Shown here: positions 50,802 through 64,000 of the stretch, one piece after another | Position numbering within the stretch: the first letter of the stretch is position 1 | Layout of the letters: every line of letters starts with the position of its first letter | Origin: the human T2T-CHM13v2.0 reference genome, Homo sapiens | DNA: 64,000 nt | Assembly (NCBI RefSeq): GCF_009914755.1 | Contig: NC_060934.1 | Direction: 5' to 3' (one strand) | Translations under genes and position numbers: made by a program | Notes under the pieces: model-generated | What the model saw: the letters and a program-made list of their open reading frames with translations, nothing else | Told to the model about the DNA's origin: nothing | Databases searched by the model: none

Positions 50802-51130
50802 TTTTCTTTTCTTTTTTCTTTCTTTCTTTTTTTTTTTTTTTTTTTTTTTTTTGAGACGGAGTCTTGCTGTGTTGCCCAGGCTGGAATGCAGTGGCATCTC
50901 GGTTCACTGCAACCTCCGCCTCCTGGGTTCAAGTGATTCTCCTGCCTCAACCTCCTGAGTAGCTGGGATTACAGGCGCGTGCCACCATGCCCGACTAATT
51001 TTTTGTATTTTTAGTAGAGATGGGGTTTCACCGTGTTAGCCAGGATGGTCTCCATCTCCTGACATCGTGATCTGCCTGCCTCAGCCTCCCAAAGTGCTGG
51101 GATTACAGGCGTGAGCCACCACGCCTGGCC
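50802..51130 (-). mobile_element. Alu (AluSc/Y-like) inserted in a MIR
   Basis: Full antisense Alu, CCGTGTTAGCCAGGATGGTCTC; flanks resemble MIR (GCATTGAACTGG...TGTTTGTTCATCTGT). Confidence 0.95.
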
Positions 51131-51279
51131 CGAAGTGTTAAATTCTAATATTGAATCTGCCATTATTTGGCCTCTGAAATTGAGAAAATAATTCCATTTA
51201 TCTGGGCCTATGTTTGTTCATCTGTGGGATGAATATGATGGATTATTGTATGCAAGGTAATGAGACCCTGAAGATGAGA

Positions 51280-51720
51280 GATGTAGTACCTTGCCCTAAG
51301 GAGATTATAGTGTGGTAGGGAAGAAAAATGAGGAAAGAAACCTTTAGAATACAGTTTGGTAACTGATGTGATATTCTGTCTTATATGCATAGAGGGGATG
51401 GTGCTTAAACCAAGTCTTAAAGTATGTGTGTGGGTTATCCTAGTAAAATATCCTAGTGGAAAATAATATTCCATACAGGGGGAATATTATGTGCAAAGGC
51501 ATAACACACATGCACACACATATTGTGGGACTCAAGTCACGTTTGGTAAAACTGTAGGGTGAGCGGAAGAATGGCTAGAGATGAGGCTGGAGAATTGGAT
51601 AGTAAGCAAATGAAGAAAAAATGCTTTATATTGCTTTCCTGAATTTAGATTTTATCTTGGACATGATGGGAAATTACCACAGGTCTTGAAGCAAAGAGTG
51701 ACATGATTACATTTATATAC
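51280..51720 (-). mobile_element. LINE-2 fragment
   Basis: ATGTGCAAAGGCAT, GAGATGAGGCTGGAGA, TTGAAGCAAAGAGTGACATGATTACATTT. Confidence 0.65.
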
Positions 51721-53099
51721 AGTAATTTATAATATTATGTTTCTTTATATACTCAGTGTTAATATGATTAAAAATTTAAGAATATATATGCTTGCTTTAC
51801 TAAAAGTGAAAAAAGTTGTAAAACCTGATGTATCCTGCTTTCCTGAGTTTTTGCTTATCTATTCTGATAATACTAATAGATTTGCATAGTAATTGCTTCG
51901 AAATGGTGCTGCCACTACCACTTCTACCACCACCATAAATTAGTAGAAGACTTACGCTACTAGAAGCATAAGCAGCCTTACGTTATAGTGGCTGGTATCT
52001 GTGCACCAAGTTTGGCTGTGCATTTCTAGTCCCTGCACTGTTAGGGGGAATTGTATATTTTTTTTTCCTTTTCTCAAATCAGTAAATCAGTGCAAACAAA
52101 TGTGTTGTGGATTTACAAACCTATGGAATAAAATGTTTTTACTTCTATCAATTATGGCTCTCCAAAGACATAAAATACTCTTCATTCACTATTACTAGTT
52201 AATTTTCTAGATTATTTCTGGCATTTATTAATGGTTCTGCATAGAGCTCCACCTTGTGAACATGTTATTGTACTTTGATATCAGTTCTGTGTCATAGATA
52301 TTTAATAAATAAAATAAAACTTTATTTACCTGAATGTTTCTCATTCAGAATAGCTGTAATTCAGGCCTGGTATATGTTTTTATTTGAATAGAAACAGTTC
52401 ACTGTTTTTTTGGAGGTTATGCTGTATACTACAAGATAGATTAAAACCAGTGCCTTTTTTTAGACCAGCTGCTGAGGAAATACCTTTATCATGTTTCAAC
52501 CTCTTAAGTTTAATAATTCTCATGTAAAAATTAGTGCTTGATTTATGCATCAATTTTCTAAACATTTCACATGTGATCTACTTTGTATATTCAGGGACTT
52601 TTGTGTTCTATGTTATTATATAGCGTATTTTTTAACCAAAACTTTAAAAATTAACCTCATTTCATTAGTATTTGTTTATACTTTACTATACCTTGTTTAC
52701 ATGCTTAACCTGCCTATGTATTATCTGTGACAGTAATGAAACTGAATGGTTATAAAATGCTATATAATTTTATCAAGTTAAGCTGACTTTTTTGGTGGGG
52801 AACATCATCTTCCTCTTGCTAATAGATAAAGGAGTTTTACTGTACTAATTTCAAAAATGGTATAAAGCAGTAAGGCAGATCTTCACAGCCTATTCTTTGA
52901 CAGTATATTAAGCATGTGGAGAGGAAAGCAAGGTGTTAGCTATTTTAAGGTTTCACAGCAACACTCCCATCTTGTTCATTTTCACCTGAGTTGTATAGAG
53001 CCTGGGAATTGCTATATATCTTTAATGTAAAGTCAGCAGTGCAAGTAACAGTATTGGATCATACTTCCACCATTACATTCTCTGAGTTTCTGATCACCA

Positions 53100-56000
53100 C
53101 ATTCTCACAGATAAGGAAAATAGTTGTAGATGGATGGTCTGAAATGTAAAAAGGATAAAGAACACAAGAAGTGGTAAATATGTTTAGTTTCAGACAGACA
53201 TTATATAAAACTTGGGAGGAGGGTAAAATTATTGATTAGCTACGGGTAGGCTTGGTAAGTTTTAACGCATGTTAAAATTTCTAAGATAAGGAATAAAAAT
53301 CTAGAAGGTATGTGTACCTTACAAACTAGTAGAGAAGGGAAGTAGAACAAGAAACAATATTCAATCTGAAAAAAAGGTAAAGAAGCTGAAGAAAGAAAAC
53401 ATGGAAAAGAGAAGACAAGTAGCACAAAAGTACATAGCAGCAATAAGTGCAAATATATTAGTAATTACAGTGCATATGAGTTGAAAAAATCCTCCACTTA
53501 ACAGAAACTGGTTATTAGATGGGATAAAATAACAAAATATATTTATATGCTGTTTACAAGCAATACCTTAAAAAGCATATTCTCGCTTGAAAGTAAAAAG
53601 GATTTAAAAAGATATTCCTGACACTACTAACCAATAGAAATGTTGTATGGCTATATATATCATGTAAAGTTGACTTTGAGGCAGAAAACCTGTCCGAGAG
53701 AGTGAGGGTCACTCAATAGTTATAAAAGGAAGGTATAATTTTAAATAAGTGACTACCTGATAATACACTTTCAAAATACATTAAGCAGAAACTAGGACTG
53801 CAGAAGAAATAGGTAAATTTATCATTATTATAGCTTATTTAAAATAATCTCTGTTAATGTGAGAACAAGCAGAAAAAAATTAAGAAAAATATAGATGATT
53901 TTAATAACAGGACTTACAAGCCTGCTGTAATGGACACGTATGGAACATTGTATTCCACAACTAAAGTAGAGGAGGAACACTTAGAAAAACTGATCACATT
54001 CTGGTCAAATACAGCCAGCTTTAACAAATTTCAGTGGATTGGCATCACATTACACTTTCTGTTTACAATTCCATTAACTTAAATAGAAATTTTGTGTGTG
54101 TGTGTTTTGGAAATTAACATGTTTATTTCAAAATAACTTGTGGATCAAAGAAAAACTTGTAATGATAGCAGTAAATTATTGTACACGACAACTTATGTAT
54201 AGCTAAAATGGGAATTTATAGATTTTAATGCTTATATTATGGGACTAAAGGTTGAGGAATAATAAACATGCAATTTTAAGAATTAGAAAAAAAGCATACT
54301 CCCCGATTGAAATAACAGGGGAATAATTAATGAACTAGAGAAAGTAAAAGTAATTCAAAAAGGAAACAATGCAACTAAAAATAGATTATTTGAGAAGAGT
54401 AACAAAATTAGCAAACCACTGGCAAGATTAATAGGTGGGGAAAGAAGTCATAAAGCAGTATCTGGAATGAAAATGGGAATGTTACTACAGGTGTTTCATG
54501 AATGATCAACTTTATTTTAATGCAGTTGAAAGATTAAGTGGACCAATTCCTAAAAAAAAATGTAGCTCATGCTGGCCCAAGAAGTAATAGAAAATGGAAT
54601 ACCCTTAAAACAAAAAGGAAAAATATTCTTACAAAGAAAAAAATACCAATTCTAGACAGGTTTACTGGCAAATTCTACAAAACATTCAAGGAACAATAAT
54701 TCCAGTTGTACAGAGAGTATTTCATGGTTTGGAAAAAGAAATGACTGTCCCCAACTTTTTTTTACGAAGCTCTAAGTATAAAAAATGATGATTGTCTTTA
54801 ACTCAGACCTATGTACAAAAATTCATAGATTAGATATCATCACATGGTAGTACCCCCTTATCCATCTGTAGGTGGTTACCTATGCTCAATCACAGTCCGA
54901 AAATATTAAATGGAAAATTCAAGAAATAAAAATTCATATGTTTTAAATTGTACGCCCAGGATGTGGATCCTCCCTTTGTCCAGCATATCCACACTGTATA
55001 TGCTACCTGCCCATTAGTTACCATTGGTAGCCGTCTTGGTCATCAGATAATAAAAAAAAACATAGTATTTATAGGGCTTCCATGCTATCCATGGTTTCAG
55101 GCATCCTCAGGGGGTCTTGAAACGTATGCCCTGTTGATAAAGGGGAATTACTGTACTTGACCAATAATGTGTAAGAAAGTAACCCATCATAACCAAGTTG
55201 GGTTTACTCTAGAATTTCAAAGTTGGTTTTATATTAGAAAGTCACTTAATAGAATTTACCACATCATCTGTTTAAAGGAAAAGAATCATGTGAGCATCTC
55301 AATAGATCCATCTGTGATAAAACTCTTAGCAAGTCAGTAAATGAGAAGGCCCCTTTCTTAACCTGATAAAGGCATTTTTTTCCAAAGAAAATTTCCAGCC
55401 CTACCTTCTTTCCACTTCATGGTAAAGTATTGAAGGCATTGGTTCCCTTTGATATCAAAGGACAAGTGTGCCTGCTAATGCCACTTTTAGTCAACATTGT
55501 ACTAGAAGTATAGCTAGTACAGTAAACAAACAAAGATACAATGATTAGAAAGAAAAAGCTATTATTATTTGCAGATTATATGATTATCTGTGTAACCCAG
55601 AAAAATTCACAGATGAATTACTCAAAGTTTAAATTTGGATGCAGAATTATTATACAAATTCAATTATTTTTCAGACTTTTTGCTGGCATAGAAATGCAAT
55701 TAAGAGGTAGCATTATATCATCATAAAAGTATAAAACACTGTGAGTAAATCTAACAACGTGCTCAATATCTTTATGGAGAAATTATGAAACATTGGCAGA
55801 CATAAAGATCTAATTAAATAGCATAATGTACCATGTTTATAAAAGGAGACTTGAACATTGTAATGGTGCCATTTCTCCCCAATTTTATCTGTAAGTTCTG
55901 TGCCATCTGATCAAAATATTGACAGGTTTTTGTTGAATTTGACACGCTAATCCAAAAACTTACATGGAAGAACTAAGAGATAATAGCAAGATACTCATTC

Positions 56001-57180
56001 ATGAAATGGATCTGTGATGGCACTGGGATTGCCAATGAGTGAAATAGGATGACCCTTTCAATAATTGGGGTTGTTGGTTAATTAAATGGAAAAAATTGGG
56101 GTTGGACTGCTGCCTCACACTATTTAGAGAAACCAGTGGAAGGATTATAGATCTAAATCTGTAGGTAAGGTAAAGGTATAGGTAAAGTAAAATGGTAACA
56201 CTTTATAAAGATGATAGGCTAGAATATCTCTATGACTTTGAGTAAAGATAAAAAGGCATAAAACACAGAGCAAAAGATTGGCAAATATGACTACATCAAA
56301 ATTAAGAATTTTGTTTCACTAATAGATACTGTAGAGTGCCTAATCCCGTATTTAGCACATATCAAAATCTACCACCCAGGGAAATAAAGATGAACAATCT
56401 GATAGAAAACTGGGCTTGAATAGGCACTTCACAAAAGAATAAACTCGTTTGGCCAAGGAGTGTATTATAAGATATTCAACCTCATTAGGAATCAGGGAAA
56501 TGCAAATTAAAACCACGTTAAGAAGGCATTTCATGTCTCCTAGATTCTCAAAACTTAGAAGCCAGCTAATACTGCTGTTGGTATAGACATGGAACAACTG
56601 AACACTTAGGCGTTGCAGATGCTAATGTAAGTAGGTACATTCACTTTGGGAAATAATTTCACATTATTAAAGTTGAAGATACACATAACACTATGACCCA
56701 GTATTCCTATGTCTTAGAGAAATCTCTATACAGACATACCAGGTAATGTATGTAGTTGTTTATACAGTACTGATCACAATAACAAAACAAAAAAATAAAT
56801 AATAGGATAAGTAAATTGTAGTATATTTATACAATGGAATGCAACACAATACTGAAAAATGAATGAATTACACCTGTGCTTAACAACTTGGATCATCCTA
56901 GGAAAATAATGTTCGAACAAAACAAATCACTGAAGAATATAGTGTGATTCCATTTATATAGAATCAAAGAACACGCAAAATTAAGTAATATATTGTTTAA
57001 GGATACCAATACACATAATACAAGTCTATGATAAACATAAAATTTAGGAATGAGTGAATTTGGACACAGAGTAGATATCACAGGTCAGGATAATGTGTGT
57101 TTAAAAAAAAACGATGGTGGAACTCAGATATTTATTGTATTACTTATTATACCTTAAATTTATTTTATAGAATTCTTTAA
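53100..57180 (+). mobile_element. Long degenerate L1M (ORF2 and 3' end), interrupted by MER44
   Basis: Recognisable ORF2 landmarks in the expected order: AACAAAATTAGCAAACCACTGGCAAGATT, TTATTTGCAGATTATATGATT (LFADD), AATCAGGGAAATGCAAATTAAAACCAC, TATGACCCAG. Confidence 0.85.
54846..55153. mobile_element. MER44A (Tigger-derived) DNA transposon
   Basis: GTAGTACCCCCTTATCC...GTCCGAAAATATTAAATGGAAAATTC...GGTTTCAGGCATCC...GATAAAGGGGAATTACTG terminal inverted repeats. Confidence 0.85.
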
Positions 57181-57423
57181 TGTTTGATATTAATAATTAC
57201 TGATAGTAATTTATGGCTACTGATAATCAACATTTAATCTAAAATAGTAACTGAAAAAATAAAAGTGAATGATTTTTGGGGGAACTCAGTATTTGCCATG
57301 TATTTCCTATGTACGTATGTTTAATTTTTGTGAGTTCTCAAATGTAATCAATTTCTTTTGAGTATCTTTAGTATTTTATACTATCTTTGTATTTAATATA
57401 GCAGATAAAGCTTAATAATTTCT

Positions 57424-57727
57424 TTCTGTTTTTTTTTTTTTTTTTTTTTTGATGGAGTCTTGCTGTGTCTCCCAGGCTGGAGTGCAATGGCGCAATCTCG
57501 GCTCACTGCTGCCTCCGTCTCCCCGGTCAAGCGATTCTCCTGCCTCAGCCTCCCCAGTAGCTGGGATTACAGGCACCCACCACCACGCTGGCTAATTTGT
57601 GTATTTTTAGTAGAGACAGGGTTTCACCATCTTGGCCAGGCAGGTCTTGAACTCCTGACCCTCATGATCCACCTGCCTTGGCCTCCCATAGTGTTGGGAT
57701 TACAGGCATGAGACACCGCGCCCGGCC
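57424..57727 (-). mobile_element. AluS
   Basis: TSD AAGC(T/A)TAATAATTTCT 57408-57423 / 57729-57744. Confidence 0.95.
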
Positions 57728-57999
57728 TAAGCATAATAATTTCTAACCCTGGTTGTGTGATACTCCAAAATGTATTCATTTATTTTTAGGGGTATAGGCA
57801 TTTTTAATTCTTTTATATTTTTGTAGTCACTAAATTTACTTGGCTTCTACCTTTACATATTTTCTGTTTATTGACCACCTTTTAGGAAGTTTGAGAAAGG
57901 TATTACCTTATTATATTTTTTTCTAACTTAAAATATGTGTGTTACTATTGCACTTGTGGATATAACATTTCATTTTAGAATATTTACATTTTATTTTGT

Positions 58000-58225
58000 T
58001 TATCAAACAATAGCATTTTTGTATCAGGCACTATTCTCAATATCGTTAAAATATTAATTTATTTAGTATTCATTGCAACCCTATGAGAAAGATCCTGCTA
58101 TCTTTGATAGGTAAAGGGAAACTGAGGCACGGAAAGTGTTGGGTAAGGTCACTTAGCTAGTAAGTGGAGCCTGTGTTCAAACCTAGGCAGTCTGGTTCCA
58201 CAGTCTGTGCACTTAACCACTAAGC
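58000..58225 (-). mobile_element. MIR
   Basis: CAACCCTATGAG...GGAAACTGAGGCAC...AAGGTCACTTAGCTAGTAAGTGG...TTCAAACCTAGGCAGTCTGG. Confidence 0.85.
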
Positions 58226-59232
58226 TGTAAGAGACCATATGAAGTAGATCTCTAAGAGGAGTATGTCATCTATTTCAATGTTCTTTAATAAACAGGGTAC
58301 TATTTTTGAGCGGTGCCAGCATATTGTCAGATTATGATGAAATAATTATATTATTCCCTTTGTTTGATCTGAGAATGTAAAAAGCAATACTGGTAAATTA
58401 CACACTGCTGGACATTGCTTAGATTTACTCTTCAATGAATTTTGTGTCCGTACGTTCATGAGATGAGAAAAATAGATAGGCAAAAGTACCTGTTAGTCTG
58501 ATTGCAGATCTACCCGTAATGCACAAATGGTGATAGTGTACTTTCTTCTTCCAAAGGTGGGTTAATGGAGTCATGATTTAAAATAAGAGTTTAACAGTAG
58601 CGTGTATAAATTTGATATTTATACATCATAAATGATGTATAAATCATTTATGGGAGAGTGATATTTGATTCAGGGATGTTGACATGATACCTTTGGGAAA
58701 TTCTCATAGTAAAATAGAGTTAGACTGTCAACAGGGAAAATTCTAAGTAATTTGTGAAGAAACTAGTAGTAGTAGTCTAAAGTGAGGCACCAGGCAAAGA
58801 GAGAAGAATCAGACAAATCCTTTAGAGTAATAGTTCTTTACCCATTCAGACCCACACTCCATTTAGAGCATTTACTGTAGAAGTTCTTGAGAGAAGATCT
58901 CATCCTGTAGCCATATATGCTCACTATATATATAGATATAAAACATCTCTAAGAATTTCAGCTTCTCTTTGTGCTTTTTGTTAGCTACTTTAAATAGCTT
59001 AACTTTCAGTGACACATGGTTTTAACAGGCAAAACACATGACTGTTAATGATTTTTCTTTAGAGCAGAAATGGTTTATATGGCCTAAATTCACTTTTAGA
59101 GAATCTTCTGAGAGAGAGTATTTCCTGTCTCTTTGCACATGTGTGGCATATTGTAAGGACTTATTTACTTTTAAATAAAAAGGAAAGCTCTTGCAGTGAA
59201 GTAGACATTTATTTTGTTAAGAACCTATATAA

Positions 59233-59525
59233 GGCCAGGCGCCGTGGCTCACATCTGTAGTCCCAGCACTTTGGGAGGCTGAGGTGGGTGGATCACAAGG
59301 TCAGGAGTTCGAGACCAGCCTGACCAATGTGGTGAAACCCCTTCTCTACTAAAAATACAAAAAACTTAGCCAGGTGTGGTGGTGCACACCTGTAATCTCA
59401 GCTACTCAGGAGGCTGAGACAGGAGAATCGCTTGAACCGGGGAGGCAGAGGTTGCAGTGAACTGAGATTGCACCACTCACTCCAGCGACAGAGAGAGACT
59501 CTGTCTCAAATTAAAAAAAAAAAAA
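59233..59525 (+). mobile_element. AluS
   Basis: Full Alu; TSD AACCTATATAA 59222-59232 / 59526-59536. Confidence 0.95.
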
Positions 59526-60324
59526 AACCTATATAAAATAGTTTATAGCAGTTTATAGCTGTGACCATCAAGTCAGATAATTTGGGATGTTCACAGAGAG
59601 CTCTGGGTGATTATGACAGTGTACCACCCACATCTCTTATTTGTTTTGCTTCATTTCTCTACTAGGGAGAGGAGGTCATATAATATATGGTATTTTTATG
59701 TTATTTTAGATAAATCCATATCAACACAGCACAGGAGAACAAATTATACCCCTGGTAGATTTTGGGGTATAAACGTCATGAAATGTTTCTCAGAAAGTGA
59801 GAAATATTTCTTGATTGTATCTTTAAAATTAATGCAAAATTGTTATGTTACTCCATAATTTATTTGTGTGCATTACTGTAAGGTTCATGTGTATTCATAT
59901 TAAATTTTTTCTTTTAAAAATTGGGTTCAATGAATTATCTAGGATGATTGCATTGTTTGTGGCATCAAGTGTTGTTTCTCCCTTTCCATACCAAGCATAT
60001 CCTGCTTTTGGTACAGGATATATTTTTTTCAGATGTCAAAACACCTAGGGATACATTTTATGAATTACTAACTTACTTTTTTAGGACAGACTTGAAATCA
60101 TTTAGAGGGTAAACTCTAGCAATATAGAAATCTGTTTTTTGTTGAATGGAGTAGCAGCTAATCTTTAAGACCCATTGATAGCATTTTAGTAGTAGCACTT
60201 AACATTCAGAAAAGAAAAACAAATCATCCAGCTTCTGATCTTCAGTTTTATGTAACTTTACAATTTGGTACTTGATGACTTGGTATTGGTATGAGACTGA
60301 ATAGTGTGATGTTACAAACATGTG

Positions 60325-61560
60325 ATGTTTGCCTACCATGTTCTAGGCACTGTGCCAAGTGCTAGAGATGGAATGGTAGGTAAAGCTGTGGTCTATACTT
60401 AGGGAGTTCACAGTCAAATGAAGGATACAGTCACAAAACAGACACTTGTATAAAGCATGGTCACTATAATACAGAGAAATGGAAAGAATGGCCAGAGAAA
60501 GCTTACTTGAAAAGATAATGCCTGAACTGAATACTAAAGGGAGGTCAGTGGGAGAGACAAGGAAGGGTAGATATTGATTGTGAGTGCATGAGCATTGAAA
60601 TGAGAGGGCCCAGGGGAATAGGAAGAGAGGAATAGCCTAAAGGAGAACAGGAGCAAAGGCACATGGGTGAGAAACAACATGGAATGTTCTGGACATACAA
60701 GCAGATCTCTGTTGGAAGGAGTATGAGATAAGGGTAAGAGAGTGATTGGAGTTGAGTCTGGAGAGATACGAAACCAAATCATGGAAGCTTTTTAAATGCC
60801 ATGTTTAGGAGCTTGAACTTCATCTTTTTGTGAGTTGGACAGTCATTGAAGGGTTTTAAGTAGGGGCCCAATTTGATTGTATTCAGGTTGAGTAGAGTAC
60901 TCTGATAGCTGATGTGAAGGATAAATTTGAAGGGAAAAAGATTGGAGGCAGAGAGGCCATTTGGGAAGTAGTTAGCTTGATAAGAGGTGACGAGGGCTTA
61001 AACTGACACTTAATAGAAATGGAGAAGAGGGAGTAGATTTCAGAGTCTGTACTTTTTTTGTTGTTGATAAATAGTAAATTTAGTAGGACTCGATGCTTGG
61101 AAATGACCAGTGGGAGAGAAAAAATGGACGAGATTAACTCCAAAGTTTCTAGCTGAGGTGATTCCAGGGATAGCGATGACACCAAACAGAGTGAATATAT
61201 GAATAATCAGTTGAGGAGACAAACGGAAGTCAGTTTTGGATATTTTGAGTTTAAGATGGTTGTGACATCACTAATGGAGGAAGGCTAACAAGGCAGTTAA
61301 CCTTTGAACTTGATGCTGTGGGATATAGATGGGGGTCCTGGGCTGGAAATACAGCTTGAAGAGTTCATCAGTTTGCAGGAGGTGATTGAAAGCATAAGAC
61401 CATCAAGGGAAGGTGTGTGGGCTGAAGAGAAAAAAAGGTCAGAAGACAGGAGCTTGGAGAACAGAAGTGTTTCAGAGTCAAGTAGAGAAAAAGAAGCCCC
61501 ACAAAGATAAGAAAAGGAACTGAAAAAAATGAAATAATCAGTGGGCCAACCTGAAGATCC
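60325..61560 (-). mobile_element. Long LINE-2 fragment
   Basis: CCTACCATGTTCTAGGCACTGTGCCAAGTGCTAGAGAT, GTCATTGAAGGGTTTTAAG, CTCCAAAGTTTCTAGC, CAGTTTTGGATATTTTGAGTTT. Confidence 0.8.
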
Positions 61561-61779
61561 AAGCAAGACTAGAAACCACACATTTTTAATGGAACAAATC
61601 TATATCGTTGTGATTTCCTTAGAAGCCTTAAATTGGTGGGGGAGATCAGAATGTAACATTAGTCTAGGATTGAGGTTTTACCAGATGGTACAGTAAAAGT
61701 TGTGAGTTTAGGGAAACCAAGTTGTTTGAAGTTAGAGCAGTTTAGATGATCAGCTGTGCCAAATATTGCAAATTATGTG

Positions 61780-62080
61780 CTGTACATTATTCTTTACGTA
61801 TATTAACTCTTAACCCTCACCACAACCATAGTTGTTACAGAAGATTCTAGAATGTAAGTTCCATAAGAGCAAGGTGGGTATGCTTTGTTGTCTGTGCTAT
61901 TCTCAGTGCCTGACATACAGAATAGGCTCAAATACTTGTTGAATAAATGAGAGAATATGAGATACATACTATTATTCCCATTTTACAGATATGGAAACCG
62001 GGTAAGAAGAGATTAAGTAACTTACATTCACAATTTTTAGTGGTAGAGCCAGTAGGAAAGGAATTGAGCCCAGGATTAGG
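61780..62080 (-). mobile_element. MIR interrupted by a short plus-strand L2 3' end (~61845-61950)
   Basis: CCTCACCACAACCATA...CCCATTTTACAGATATGGAAAC; L2 end TAGAATGTAAGTTCCATAAGAGCAAG...TTGTTGAATAAATGA. Confidence 0.7.
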
Positions 62081-64000
62081 GAGCTGATGGAAAATAGAGA
62101 AATTTTAGGTCTGGAGATCTCTCTGAGGATAGTGGAAATAAAGGCATGAGAGATGTAGAAGGGGAGAAAGTTATCATCAGAGAGTAAAATGGTGGAGGTT
62201 ATGATTTTTTGAGATAGGGTTGTTCAGTGTTATGACAAAGGGTCAAGTCTTAGCAGTGGAGTAAAGGATGTTTATTATTGAATCTCTGTAGGCGTCGATG
62301 TAGATGTTGAAGGCTCCTAAGGTTATACTAGAAGTTTGAATAGAGAGGAACATTATGATACCATCCTCATAAATGAAGTGGTATAATTGGAGATCTATAG
62401 ATAAGAAGCAGCAGAGAGTGGAATAGATAAGCTTTCTTATTTCAATTCTAGCTTTTTAAACGTAGATTGAGGTTAGATCTGGTTTGCTGAAAAGACAGGA
62501 ATAAATTGGGCTTGCTGCATATAATTTATTTCCCCCATATGGATAAGCTCGTTGGAAAGCTCCAGAAATATTCAGAATATAAATACAAAAGTTTCAAATT
62601 TTACCTGACATGCCAGCTCTACTTAAGGTATGAATTCTAAATCTTGTATCTCTCCCCTGCAAGAAAAGCTACCTCCTCCTTTTTATATAGTAGTAGAACA
62701 AAATTTTTGTTTGTGTTTGTGGCAGCACATCTCACCTCTTTGTTTCATAGCTGTTGGGTACACATTCCAAGGACGGTAAAAACAAAATGCACTTGCTCTT
62801 CTAAATCTTTAGCCACTGGCTAGTGGATTGCATTTATTCTCAGTTTCCTTGCCGATCCTTTTACCCTTCCCCTCCCCCATTTTTCTTTTTGAATGGTTTT
62901 GTTTCATGAAGCTCTTGAGAGCTTTCTATGTTATATTGTGGCACAGGAAAAAGTTTATTCATTTTAGCACTAAACTGTAGTTAACATTTTAAGTTAATCA
63001 TTTTTAGAATGTTTTGATGAGCAATCCTGTTTCATTTTTAGAGATGATTCAATCTGATATTTCATTTGCTTTTAAAGTCTCTAATTTCTTTTCATCTATT
63101 TCCATAGCATTGTAATTTGTATCCTGAACGTTTCTCTTCAGAGAAATATAAAAATCCAGCAATCCATTATAGTATTGTATTAAGCCTAAGATTTCATTAT
63201 TTATCATACACATTTATTTATTTATTTTTATTTTTTATCATACACATTTAAAGTACGGCCTTTGATTTATAGAATTTTTCATTTTGTGGTTGTGCCTGCT
63301 TATCTTTGTTTTTGTGTGTGTATGTCTTTCACAGAAATTAGTATCATTCTGTCATAGCTCTTAGGAAATTCAGAGTTAATCAAATATGTTATAAAATGTG
63401 TTTGTATAATGAAAAGGTTGGAGGAGATGATTCTGAAGGTGCCATTTAGAGCAGGTGTGCTATGGTTTGGTGGCTCTCTATTCTCTGCCCGCTTTAAATC
63501 TTAGTAGGCAGCAGATGAAATACTACTAAGTGACCTTTGACACAGAACCCATGAATGCTCCAAGTATGATTTCATTTTACCGTGTTCTTTGTAAACTCAA
63601 ATGCCTGTCAAATCAGATGTGTGTTTCGATGTTTTTACTGAATGCGCCTTGAGGAGGAGACTAAAGCTTGGGGTCAATTTGGCATAATCCCCACGTTTTT
63701 CTTTTTCTATTATAGAGGTTTCTTGGGGAAGGGGTGACATTTCTTTCTGAGGAAAAGGTGCAGGCTAAGTGTAGGTGGACTTTCTGTCTTCTCCATACTT
63801 TTTCTGACAGCCTCACTGGATCCTGGTGATATCATACATAAATGCAGAGCAGACTAGATGGGTTGCTGGTTGGTATTTTTGGTTACCATTTGATCTGGTG
63901 TCTTTGGTTATGTAATAGGCACATTAACTGACAAATTATATTAAGTAAATATATAGCCATGGGCTTTTTAAAATCTCACTTTTTAAAGTCAATAATTAGA

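Noticed and set aside
56161-56200. Run of GGTAAG/GGTAAA donor-like words as a recursive splicing site
   Set aside because: Short slippage repeat inside an old L1, without a strong upstream polypyrimidine tract

Overview
Human (primate) genomic DNA covering the 5' end of ZEB1. The first ~36 kb is repeat-dense upstream sequence: three young L1PA insertions, one of them 5'-inverted by twin priming, plus old L1M, L2, MIR, MaLR/ERVL LTRs, MER5A, a MADE1 hairpin and many Alus. A CpG island at ~38.0-40.9 kb holds the bidirectional ZEB1/ZEB1-AS1 promoter and ZEB1 coding exon 1 (MADGPRCKRRKQANPRRNN, 38973-39030). An alternative 'MK' exon follows just past the island (donor after 41270), and the rest of the window is ZEB1 intron 1. 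No CRISPR, rRNA, tRNA or intact transposon ORF is present. The most unusual observations are: (i) three neighbouring L1 copies share rare non-consensus substitutions, including a nonsense change, which suggests local gene conversion; (ii) several repair or retrotransposition scars, including a 45-bp templated insertion flanked by a 13-bp duplication, a poly(A)-only insertion and a snap-back duplication; (iii) dense regulatory motif arrays (OVOL, ZEB E2/Z boxes, TWIST double E-box, posterior HOX pair) and a stop-restart micro-exon around the ZEB1 start. Repeat subfamily names come from my recall of consensus sequences, and boundaries of old repeats are approximate.
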